64,000 nt of DNA from Dehalococcoidia bacterium (GTDB lineage Bacteria > Chloroflexota > Dehalococcoidia > Bin125). Position 1 is the first letter of the stretch. The number at the start of each line of letters is the position of its first letter. The stretch spans positions 224,001 through 288,000 of the forward strand of contig CAXXSR010000002.1 of NCBI GenBank assembly GCA_963662615.2, in the 5' to 3' direction. Positions 29,191-37,288 of this stretch are shown here, one piece after another. The position numbers and the translations under genes were made by a program. The notes under the pieces were generated by a model that saw nothing but the letters and a program-made list of their open reading frames with translations, did no database searches and was not told where the DNA came from.

Positions 29191-29629
29191 ACCGTTCCGT
29201 TTGCGCCGGGTTCTGGAGCATCGCCGGGGGCTGGAACGAGAACAGCAGGGCGTGATGGCGCTCGCGCGGCGGGCCGCCGCGGAGGGAGAGCAGACCCTGG
29301 GCGAGTTGCTGGAGCATGGTTGGGCCGAGCGTGTGCGCGCCCGCGCGAACAGCGAGGGCACCCTGGACGTTGGCGGCGCCGAGCGGTCACACCGCTACCG
29401 CGCGCAGTTGGGTGAGGCGATCTCGACCCAGGAGGAGCGGGTGGGCGAGTTGGGGAGCGCGTTGAGCGGTGCCGAAGAGACGCTGCTGGTACGACGGCGC
29501 GATCGTCGCGTGTTGGAGAAGTTGGAGGAGCGGCACCGCGATCGGATCGCGGAGGAAGAGGAGCGGCAGGACGCAGCGCTGACCGATGAGGTGGTGATGG
29601 GCCGCGAGGCGCGACGGTTGGCCGGATAG
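29183..29629 (+). CDS. fliJ: Flagellar export chaperone FliJ
   Basis: FRLRRVLEHR; LEKLEER; DE motif; follows fliI. Confidence 0.88.
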   Translation: MSKPFRLRRVLEHRRGLEREQQGVMALARRAAAEGEQTLGELLEHGWAERVRARANSEGTLDVGGAERSHRYRAQLGEAISTQEERVGELGSALSGAEETLLVRRRDRRVLEKLEERHRDRIAEEEERQDAALTDEVVMGREARRLAG

Positions 29630-29638
29630 GACGGTTGC

Positions 29639-30091
29639 ATGGCAGGCGTAGATATTGGGTTCATTCGCCAGGCTCTGAACGGGCTGGCGCAGCGGCAAGA
29701 GGCGATTGCGAACAACATCGCCAATATGGAGACGCCGGGCTACAAACGAGCCACGGTGAGTTTCGAATCGGTGCTGCAACGCCAGCTCGCGGACCAGCAA
29801 GCGGTGGGGCGGCAGCTGCGGTTGACGCCCAGCCGCGGCGCCGACAGCGAGCGTCCAGGACAGATGTCGCTTCGGTGGCGGCCCGTTGGCGGAGGGGGGG
29901 CAGTGGTGGGCCGCAGCCTGGCGGGGCTGAGCCCGCAGCAGTTCACCGGGGCTCCCCGCAACGACGCCAACACCGTGGACCTGGACCAAGAGATGACGGA
30001 TCTGGCCACGACGCAGATTCAATTCGCGGGCTTGAGCGCCGCGCTGAACGCCCGCCTGCGGACTCTGCGGCAGGTGATCGAGAGCAGCTAG
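29639..30091 (+). CDS. flgB: Rod protein FlgB
   Basis: IANNIANMETPGYK; NDANTVDLDQEM. Confidence 0.95.
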   Translation: MAGVDIGFIRQALNGLAQRQEAIANNIANMETPGYKRATVSFESVLQRQLADQQAVGRQLRLTPSRGADSERPGQMSLRWRPVGGGGAVVGRSLAGLSPQQFTGAPRNDANTVDLDQEMTDLATTQIQFAGLSAALNARLRTLRQVIESS

Positions 30092-30101
30092 GAGGGCACC
30101 C

Positions 30102-30551
30102 ATGGGACTGCTGAGTTCCATCCGCATCAGCGCGTCGGGTCTGACGGCTCAGCGGCTGCGCATGGACGTGATCGCCAACAATGTGGCGAATATGGACAGC
30201 ACGCGCGGGCTTGACGGAGGGCCGTTCCGCCGTCAGGTTGTCTCATTCCGCGCGCTCCCGAATCAGCGATCGCCCTTTACGGCGCCGTTGCGGCCAGGCA
30301 TTGGCGTGGAGCAGCCCGCGAAGGGTGTGGTGGTGAACCGTCTGGAGACGGACCGGTCGCCGGGCCGGCGGGTCTTGGACCCAACGCACCCCGACGCCGA
30401 CGAGGACGGCTTCGTGGAGATGCCGAACGTCAATCTTGTGGTGGAGATGACCGACATGGTCGCCGCGACGCGCGCCTATGAGGCGAGCGTGACAGTGCTC
30501 AACACCGCCAAAGCGATGGCGATGCGAGCGCTGGACATTGGGCGGCGCTAG
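30102..30551 (+). CDS. flgC: Rod protein FlgC
   Basis: ISASGLTAQRLRMDVIANN; DPTHPDA; PNVNLVVEM. Confidence 0.97.
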   Translation: MGLLSSIRISASGLTAQRLRMDVIANNVANMDSTRGLDGGPFRRQVVSFRALPNQRSPFTAPLRPGIGVEQPAKGVVVNRLETDRSPGRRVLDPTHPDADEDGFVEMPNVNLVVEMTDMVAATRAYEASVTVLNTAKAMAMRALDIGRR

Positions 30552-30572
30552 AAGTCCAGCGAAGGGACTGTC

Positions 30573-30872
30573 ATGGACCTCAACGGGATCCAGGGGGCGA
30601 AAGGGCTGGGGACGGACGCCGTTGCCGGCCGCGCCAGCAAGGGCGCAACCGAGGGCGGCTTCGGTGATCTCCTTGAATCGCTCCTAAACGGGTTGGAAGG
30701 GTCGCAGGCGCAGGCCGACAGCGCCATTGAGCAGCTCGCGCTCGGAGGCGACGTCGACATCCATGACGTGGTCCTTGCCACGGAGATGGAAGCGATCGCG
30801 TTCCAGTTTGCGATCCAGGTGCGCAACCGGTTTGTCGAAGGGGTGCAGACGGTTTTGAACATGCAGGTGTAG
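30573..30872 (+). CDS. fliE: Hook-basal body protein FliE
   Basis: DIHDVVLA; QVRNR; MQV C-terminus. Confidence 0.93.
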   Translation: MDLNGIQGAKGLGTDAVAGRASKGATEGGFGDLLESLLNGLEGSQAQADSAIEQLALGGDVDIHDVVLATEMEAIAFQFAIQVRNRFVEGVQTVLNMQV

Positions 30873-30897
30873 CGCAAGAGCGCAGAAAGGAGGGGAG

Positions 30898-32514
30898 ATG
30901 ATCCCTATTGGGCCCATGCCAACTGGGCCACCGCAGGGACCGCCAAGCGCCAGTGAGCAGGAGCAGGCTGGCGATGGCTCATCCGAATTCGCGACGCTCC
31001 TCGCGGCCTCCCCGACGCCAGCCGGGAACGCGGCCGGAGGGACGGCGAAGCCGGGGGGCAACGGTGGGAGCCCGGAGGCTGACGAACCGCTGGACCACGC
31101 AGTGGAGGCGGTCACCCAGAGCGAGGCGGGGATCGGGACGGATCGATCCGGCGGCCTCGACGAGGGCGTTGCGGCGGCGCTTGCGGTCGCCGGCGACGTC
31201 GCGGGCGCGCCGGTCGAAGGCGACGAAGAGGATCCCGAGGCTGGGGCCCCCCGTCGCCCTTCGACCCTTCGACTGAGCTCAGGACAGGCAAGCTCAGGCC
31301 GAACGGGGGCCGGCGAGGCGGCGAGTCAGGCGGCGTCCTACCCGGACGCGACCGTGGCCGTGGGCGCGGGGGAGAGCCCGGGTTCGCCGCGGCCGGAGGT
31401 CGTGCTCGTCGGAGCGGCGTCGCAGAGCGGACCGGCAGCGGTGGGCCACAGCGGAGCAGGTGGGGGGAGGGCGCTCGGCTTCGCAGAGCCGGCCGCGGTT
31501 CCTCAGGAGCCAGCCGCAGCGGCAAGCGAGGTGGCTCCTGGCACCAAGCAGGACCTGTCGACTTTGACGACGGAGGCCGGACGCGCCTCCCTGGAGCGGC
31601 CGTCCGCGCTGGGGCGCGATCTCAATCCCGCCGCCAAGCCAGCCCCCGTGGCGGGTGGCGGGGGGCCAGCGCCCGCGCCGGCGGATGCTGCGGCCGCGTT
31701 GGGGCCGGGCACGGGACCGGCGAGGATGGAGTCCTCGCCTCTGGGACCGTCGCTCGCCGCGAACACAGCGGATGCGGCGGCGACGCCCGGCGAGGGCGAG
31801 GCAGCGAACGGTGGACGGTCCGCCTTCGGGCTCCGCACCGTGCCGGCGAAGGCGGAGTCCTTTTCCGAGGGACAGTCGTTCGTCGCAGACGGGTCGGACG
31901 CGGCGGGCGCCGAGGAGCCGGGCTCGCTGGAGCCGTCGCCGAGGGACAGCGCCGCCGAGGCGCCGATGGTTCGCGTCCCTGCAACCGCCGCGCCCCGGGC
32001 GGCGGAGGGGACGAACGGGGCGGTCGCGCCCGTGAACGCGCCGACCGAGGCGGGCAGTGTTGAGGGTCGCGGGGCGCTCGTGCGACCGCCGACCTTGGCA
32101 GCACCGCCAAATCCGGTGGACCAGGTCATTGCCTCCGTGCGTCTGCTGCGCGCCAGCGGACGGCAGGAGATCCGGCTGCGCTTGGAGCCGCCGGATCTTG
32201 GCACTGTGCGGGTCCGCGTGGTGGAGGAAAACGGCGTGCTCTCGGTTCAGCTGCGCGCCGAGCAGGCAGCGGCGCTGGAGGCGATCCGGCAGGCGCTGCC
32301 GCAGTTGCGCCAGGGCCTGGAGAACGCGCAGGTGACGCTGGCGGATCTGGAGGCGGCGTTGGACGACGAGGCGGCGTTCAGCGCCCACCATCGCGAACGC
32401 GACGAGAGCGGGGACGAGCCAAACGGCCGGGCCCGCTTGGACGCGGATGGTGAGGTGGAGAGCGCGGTGGGTGTGCGCGTGGCTAGTGATAATCTCGTGG
32501 ACTTTCGAGCTTAA
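30898..32514 (+). CDS. fliK: Hook-length control protein FliK
   Basis: Long Ala/Pro/Gly-rich region; C-terminal IRLRLEPPDLGTVRV...LPQLRQGL; precedes flgD. Confidence 0.9.
   Translation: MIPIGPMPTGPPQGPPSASEQEQAGDGSSEFATLLAASPTPAGNAAGGTAKPGGNGGSPEADEPLDHAVEAVTQSEAGIGTDRSGGLDEGVAAALAVAGDVAGAPVEGDEEDPEAGAPRRPSTLRLSSGQASSGRTGAGEAASQAASYPDATVAVGAGESPGSPRPEVVLVGAASQSGPAAVGHSGAGGGRALGFAEPAAVPQEPAAAASEVAPGTKQDLSTLTTEAGRASLERPSALGRDLNPAAKPAPVAGGGGPAPAPADAAAALGPGTGPARMESSPLGPSLAANTADAAATPGEGEAANGGRSAFGLRTVPAKAESFSEGQSFVADGSDAAGAEEPGSLEPSPRDSAAEAPMVRVPATAAPRAAEGTNGAVAPVNAPTEAGSVEGRGALVRPPTLAAPPNPVDQVIASVRLLRASGRQEIRLRLEPPDLGTVRVRVVEENGVLSVQLRAEQAAALEAIRQALPQLRQGLENAQVTLADLEAALDDEAAFSAHHRERDESGDEPNGRARLDADGEVESAVGVRVASDNLVDFRA
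31213..31306. repeat. REP-like palindromic element (CCCTTCGACAAGCTCAGG type) with a nested 24-bp second copy, inside fliK
   Basis: CCCTTCGA[CCCTTCGACTGAGCTCAGGACAGG]CAAGCTCAGGCCGAACGG; inverted arm GTCGAAGGCGACG at 31213-31225. Confidence 0.7.
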
Positions 32515-32525
32515 GGAGGAGCGTC

Positions 32526-32942
32526 GTGGAACCGTTACCCGTGGGCGCCCTATTCGAACCGCAGGGAGGTCAGCGCACGCTGCAGGACACGTCTCGGCTC
32601 TCGGAGCAGGACTTCTTGCAGGTGCTGGTGGCGCAGTTGCGGAACCAGAATCCGTTGGAGCCAAGCGGCGACTCGGACTTCATGTCGCAGATTGCGCAGT
32701 TCGAACAACTGGCGTCATTGAACAAACTCAACGACACGCTGAGCGCGCTGACCGGGCTGTCCTTGCTGGGACAGGCGAGCGGCCTGCTGGGCCGCGAAGT
32801 GGAGGCGGTGGTTAACGCTTCAAGCGAGCCATACGTCGGCATCGTGCAGAGCGTGCAGTTGACGGACGGCGAGGCGATGCTGCTCGTGGGCGAACTCTTG
32901 ATCCCCGTCAGCGCCGTGCGCGCTGTGCGTTCGGGGTCGTAG
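32526..32942 (+). CDS. flgD: Hook cap protein FlgD
   Basis: DFLQVLVAQLRNQNPLEP; FMSQIAQF. Confidence 0.95.
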   Translation: MEPLPVGALFEPQGGQRTLQDTSRLSEQDFLQVLVAQLRNQNPLEPSGDSDFMSQIAQFEQLASLNKLNDTLSALTGLSLLGQASGLLGREVEAVVNASSEPYVGIVQSVQLTDGEAMLLVGELLIPVSAVRAVRSGS

Positions 32943-32960
32943 CGCGTCGAGGAGGGCACC

Positions 32961-33350
32961 ATGGAGCAGGTTCATCTGAGCCCAGTGCAGCGGACGCCGG
33001 CGCCGGCCGGCCAGGGGGGCGCGGGGCCGGCCCCGCCGCGCGGCGGGAAGGAGCCCTCTTTTGAAGGCGTCCTGGCGCGGCAGTTGGAGCAGGCCGGGAC
33101 CGTGCGCTTTTCCAAGCACGCGCTCTCACGCCTGCAGCAGCGCAACATCCAGCTGACGCCGCACGACCTGCAGTGTCTGGATAACGCCTGGGAGCGGGCG
33201 CGGTCGAAGGGGGCACGGGAATCGCTGGTGCTGCTCGACGACCTGGCGCTTGTGGTCAGCATTCGCAATCAGACGGTCATCACCGCGACCAGCGCGGCGA
33301 GCCGAAAGGAGAACGTTTTCACGAACATCGACAGCGCAGTAATCGCATGA
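32961..33350 (+). CDS. Flagellar operon protein TIGR02530 family
   Basis: FSKHA..RL..RNI; KGARESLVL; NQTVITA; NVFTNIDSAV; between flgD and flgE. Confidence 0.9.
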   Translation: MEQVHLSPVQRTPAPAGQGGAGPAPPRGGKEPSFEGVLARQLEQAGTVRFSKHALSRLQQRNIQLTPHDLQCLDNAWERARSKGARESLVLLDDLALVVSIRNQTVITATSAASRKENVFTNIDSAVIA

Positions 33351-33362
33351 GAAACAGAACGG

Positions 33363-33421
33363 GTGGAGCCGGACCTCTCCGAGGGGGCTCCGCGGACCCG
33401 GCCGCCGCAAGCAGGCGCGGC
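33363..33421 (+). ncRNA. Putative structured cis-regulatory RNA in the flgE leader
   Basis: GTGGAGCC-GGA-CCTC-tcc-GAGG-G-GGCTCCGC nested stem, then GCCGC...GCGGC stem just before the SD. Confidence 0.5.
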
Positions 33422-33450
33422 GACATGAAGAGAGAGGAATTCGGCAGACC

Positions 33451-34935
33451 ATGACGATGCGTGCTTTGTTCTCAGCCATTTCCGGGCTGCAGAACCATCT
33501 GACGTTCATGGACGTCATAGGGAACAACATTGCCAATGTGAACACGATCGCGTTCAAGGCGAACCGTGTGACCTTTCAAGACGTGCTGGGCCAAACGCTG
33601 CGCGGTGCGACGGCGCCGCAGGGCGGCATTGGCGGCACCGACCCGATCCAAGTGGGGTTGGGGATGCAGATGGGAGGCGTGAAGACGATCCACAACCAGG
33701 GGTCGCTGCAAGCGACCGGGAAGCTCACGGACTTCGCGATTCAGGGAGACGGCTTCTTCCTGCTCAACGACGCATCGCAGACGTTCTACACGCGGGACGG
33801 CTCCTTTGACGTCTCGATCGGCGGCGATCTGGTCAATCCGGTCAACGGCTTCAAGGTGCAGGGCTGGAACGCAGACGCGACCGGCGCGGTGGACACGACA
33901 GCGCCGCCGGCCGCCATCTCAATCTCGTTCGGGACCCGGGTCAGCGCGAAGTCCACGACGTCGGTGGGCCTCTCCGGCAACCTGGACGCCAGCAGCGCGG
34001 TGGGGAAGGCCTTCAGCACCACCGTGACGGTGTACGACTCCTTGGGCGTGCAGAACTCCGTGAAGGTGACGTTCAGCAAGGACTCGCCGAACACCTGGGC
34101 GGTGACGAACGGCGCCAACGTGACGGCGGCCCTGTCGGGCGGGGGGACCGGCTCGATCGACAGCATCAGCGGGAATCCCACGCAGGACATCCGGCCGGGC
34201 CAATGGGACATTACGTCGGATGCGGGGGGCGCACTGTCCGCCGTCTTCACGCCGGCGGGCGCCGGCGCGGCAGTGGAGCTGCCGATCGCGGGGACGATCG
34301 CGGCCAGCGGAACGAACACGACGCTGATCCCGGGGGTCACGTTGACGAACGGCGGCGTGTTAGCGGCCGGCACCGATTCGGTTGTGATCGCGGGCGGCAC
34401 GAACGTGGCATTCTCGTCGTCGGGGGTGTACCTCACCACGAATCCCGCCATTGCCATCAACCTGACGCTGACCAACGGGGCGGCTTCCCCTCAGAACGTG
34501 AATTTGGGCCTGACTGACATCTCGCAGTTCAGCGGCTCCGGGCAGATCGCCACGAAGTCCAGCGACGGCTTCCCGGCCGGATCGCTGACCTCCTTCGCGG
34601 TCGGCACGGGCGGAGACGTGACAGGAATCTTCTCCAACGGCTCCAACCAACTGCTGGGACAGGTGGCGCTGGGCCTGTTCACGAATCCGGCCGGGTTGAT
34701 CAAGAAGGGGAACAACCTGTTCTCGGCCACCAGCAACTCCGGCGAGGCGATCGTGGGGACGCCCGGCACGAGCGGTCGCGGCTTGGTCAGCACCGGTGCG
34801 CTGGAGGGCTCTAATACCGATCTGGCGCAGGAGTTCACCAACGTGATCTTGGCGCAGCGCGGCTTCCAGGCCAGCTCGCGGGTGATCACGGCGGCGGACG
34901 AGATGCTGCTTGACCTGGTCAACATCAAGCGGTAA
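33451..34935 (+). CDS. flgE: Flagellar hook protein FlgE
   Basis: DVIGNNIANVNT; YTRDGSF; VYDSLG; LEGSNTDLAQEFT; AQRGFQA. Confidence 0.97.
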   Translation: MTMRALFSAISGLQNHLTFMDVIGNNIANVNTIAFKANRVTFQDVLGQTLRGATAPQGGIGGTDPIQVGLGMQMGGVKTIHNQGSLQATGKLTDFAIQGDGFFLLNDASQTFYTRDGSFDVSIGGDLVNPVNGFKVQGWNADATGAVDTTAPPAAISISFGTRVSAKSTTSVGLSGNLDASSAVGKAFSTTVTVYDSLGVQNSVKVTFSKDSPNTWAVTNGANVTAALSGGGTGSIDSISGNPTQDIRPGQWDITSDAGGALSAVFTPAGAGAAVELPIAGTIAASGTNTTLIPGVTLTNGGVLAAGTDSVVIAGGTNVAFSSSGVYLTTNPAIAINLTLTNGAASPQNVNLGLTDISQFSGSGQIATKSSDGFPAGSLTSFAVGTGGDVTGIFSNGSNQLLGQVALGLFTNPAGLIKKGNNLFSATSNSGEAIVGTPGTSGRGLVSTGALEGSNTDLAQEFTNVILAQRGFQASSRVITAADEMLLDLVNIKR

Positions 34936-34938
34936 GCG

Positions 34939-34971
34939 GCGGGCGGGGCGGGCATAGCCCGCCCCGCCCGC
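34939..34971 (+). terminator. 15-bp GC hairpin after flgE
   Basis: GCGGGCGGGGCGGGC-ata-GCCCGCCCCGCCCGC. Confidence 0.6.
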
Positions 34972-35001
34972 TCCGCTCCCTTGACAGGAAGACGGATAGG
35001 G

Positions 35002-36237
35002 ATGGCCAGCACGCGGCTTACGAATGAACTAGTGCAGGTCGCTTCCAAGCGGCCCGACTGGACGCGCCGGTACGAGCGCGGCGGCGAGGCGATCGGTGCG
35101 ATGGCGGCGCTGGCCGAGACTCCGTACGAGGCGACGGCGCGCGCGCTTGAGCGTGTGGAGATCCTGCGCGTGCCCGCGGATGACCTTGTGGAGTTCTTCC
35201 GTTCGGCGCCGGAGTCGGCGGTGGCGGTGGCGCGCGCCCTGGCGGTGGCGCGCGCCCTGGCGGAGCCGCTCGTGGCGGCCGCGCCCGCGCCGGAGGCGCC
35301 CGAGGCCCTAGATCATGCGACAACGAATGAGGTGGAGGGCGAGCAGGAGACTTCCGCGGAGGCGCGCAATGAGGCGGCCGGCGAGAGCGCCGGGGACGGT
35401 GCGGGGCCGGGCGGAGCGCGAACGCTCGATCCGTTCAGCCTGGCGCCGTCGTTGCTGGGCCGCCCCACGGAGGCGACGACGGACGACAGCGAGGCCGCGA
35501 CCGAGACGGCCGGGGAGGGGGCAGGGGCCGGAGAGAAGCTCGACCCCTTCTACACCGAAGCGGTCGTTTGCCCCATCTGCGCCGTCAACTTGGAAGCGCA
35601 GCGTGTGCGGTCCAAGGCGCTCCAAGCAGTGGAGCGCGAAAGCGATCTCCGCACCGTCTACGAGGGGGTGAATCCGGTCCACTACGCGGTGTACGTGTGC
35701 CCCAGCTGCCAGTACGCGGCGTATGCGGACGACTGGAGCACGCCCGCGAAGGACGAACGTGAGGGACTGGAGGGGGATGCGGATCATCGCAGGGCGGCGG
35801 CGCTGAAATTCAACTTCGAAGGGGAGCGGGATCTGGAGACGGTGATGGTCTCGTACCTGCTGGCGCTTCGCTGCTACGACTTGCGCGGGCCGGATCCACG
35901 TCGGCGCGCCGGTGTCCTGCACCGGCTTGCCTGGTGCGCGCGGGAACAGGCGCAGCCGGAGCTGGAGCGGCAATACCTCGAGATCTCGCGGGCGGAATAC
36001 GCGCGCGCGTTTGAAGAAGATACGGATCTGAGTGAAAGCAATGCGCTGGTCCTGGCCTATCTGGTGGGGGAGCTCGCCTTGCGTCTGGACGACCCGGCCA
36101 GCGCGCTGACGTGGTTCGATCGGGCGCAGCGCATGGAGGGGTTCAAGGCGCATCCGCAGATCGGACGGCTGACGCGCGATCGATGGTCGGACGCGCGGGC
36201 GCAAACACAGCAGGACCGCTCCCGGAAAACGGCGTGA
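35002..36237 (+). CDS. DUF2225-family protein with degenerate N-terminal cNMP-binding-like segment
   Basis: CPIC and CPSCQYA zinc knuckles, LAW, YLVGEL; N-terminal GEAIGAMAAL..TPYEATARA. Confidence 0.8.
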   Translation: MASTRLTNELVQVASKRPDWTRRYERGGEAIGAMAALAETPYEATARALERVEILRVPADDLVEFFRSAPESAVAVARALAVARALAEPLVAAAPAPEAPEALDHATTNEVEGEQETSAEARNEAAGESAGDGAGPGGARTLDPFSLAPSLLGRPTEATTDDSEAATETAGEGAGAGEKLDPFYTEAVVCPICAVNLEAQRVRSKALQAVERESDLRTVYEGVNPVHYAVYVCPSCQYAAYADDWSTPAKDEREGLEGDADHRRAAALKFNFEGERDLETVMVSYLLALRCYDLRGPDPRRRAGVLHRLAWCAREQAQPELERQYLEISRAEYARAFEEDTDLSESNALVLAYLVGELALRLDDPASALTWFDRAQRMEGFKAHPQIGRLTRDRWSDARAQTQQDRSRKTA

Positions 36238-37235
36238 GGGCCGGCCCGGGGGGGATCGAGTGGGGGGGAACGGGGCGCACGTGGCGGTCGCTCGCCCTGG
36301 CGCTGGCGCTGGTGGGCGTGGCGGTCTCTTTTGTCGCTGCGGGTGAGGGCGGCGAGAGCGAGCGTCGGGGCGTGCTCTACGTTGCGAACTTGCGATCCTC
36401 GACGGTGACGGCGCTGGACGTCGCCAGCGGCGAGATCCTGGCCCGGTGGCCGGTCGCCGCCAACCCGCATGAGTTCGCGCTGGCCGACCAGACGCTCTAT
36501 GTGAGCAACTATCGGAGCGATCAGCTCACGGCCTTGGAACGCGGCCCGGAGTGGCACCGCGTGGAGCGCGCCACCGCGGTGCGGCCGCATGGGGTGGCGC
36601 TCGACTCGCAGGGGCGGGTCTGGTATACGAGCGCCGACGGCGCCATCCACGCGATCGCCGGCGCCGGCATGGAGGTGTCCATTCGCGTGGGTGAGACACC
36701 GCACGCGATCGCCATTGACCCGCAAACGGACCGCGCCTACGTGGCGGTGGCGGGGGACGGGGAGGTGGCCGCGGTGGACCTGCGCACGCAGCGAGTCGTC
36801 GCGCGGCGATGGGTGGGGGCGGTGGCCGAGTCGGTTGCCGTTTCCAGGGATGGCGGCACCGTGGTGGTCGCTGCGGCCGAGGCCGAGAGCGTCAGCGCGC
36901 TGAACGGCGACGATCTCTCGCTCCGCTTCGCGGCGGCGCTGCCGGGACGGCCCGTGCGCGTGGCGCTGACGGAGGAGAGTGTGCTGGTGTCGCTGGCCGG
37001 ACGGGATGCGGTGGCGATCCTGGACCGTCGGTCGGGCGCGCGGCAGGCGGTGCTCGATGTCGGGCGCCTGCCTGACGGCATCGCGGTGGACGGCGACGAG
37101 CGCTTCGCCTACGTGGCCGCTGCCGGCAGCAACCACATCGCCGTGATTGACCTGGAGCAGCGCGCAGTGGTGGGGTGGCTGCCGGCGGACGACGGGCCCA
37201 GCGGCGTGCTGTGGGCGGCGTCCCTGCCCGAATAA
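36234..37235 (+). CDS. Secreted YncE/YVTN beta-propeller protein
   Basis: GTGA overlap; signal peptide; repeated LYVAN, VG.TPH.IA, P.GIA motifs. Confidence 0.85.
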   Translation: MRAGPGGIEWGGTGRTWRSLALALALVGVAVSFVAAGEGGESERRGVLYVANLRSSTVTALDVASGEILARWPVAANPHEFALADQTLYVSNYRSDQLTALERGPEWHRVERATAVRPHGVALDSQGRVWYTSADGAIHAIAGAGMEVSIRVGETPHAIAIDPQTDRAYVAVAGDGEVAAVDLRTQRVVARRWVGAVAESVAVSRDGGTVVVAAAEAESVSALNGDDLSLRFAAALPGRPVRVALTEESVLVSLAGRDAVAILDRRSGARQAVLDVGRLPDGIAVDGDERFAYVAAAGSNHIAVIDLEQRAVVGWLPADDGPSGVLWAASLPE

Positions 37236-37288
37236 CCAACCGAGGAAAGAGTTCCGAGCGCGCTCCGGTATGTGGAGGCTTGACGCGT

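Noticed and set aside
34981-34986. TTGACA as the -35 of the DUF2225 gene
   Set aside because: No -10 at the proper spacing, and too close to the start codon.
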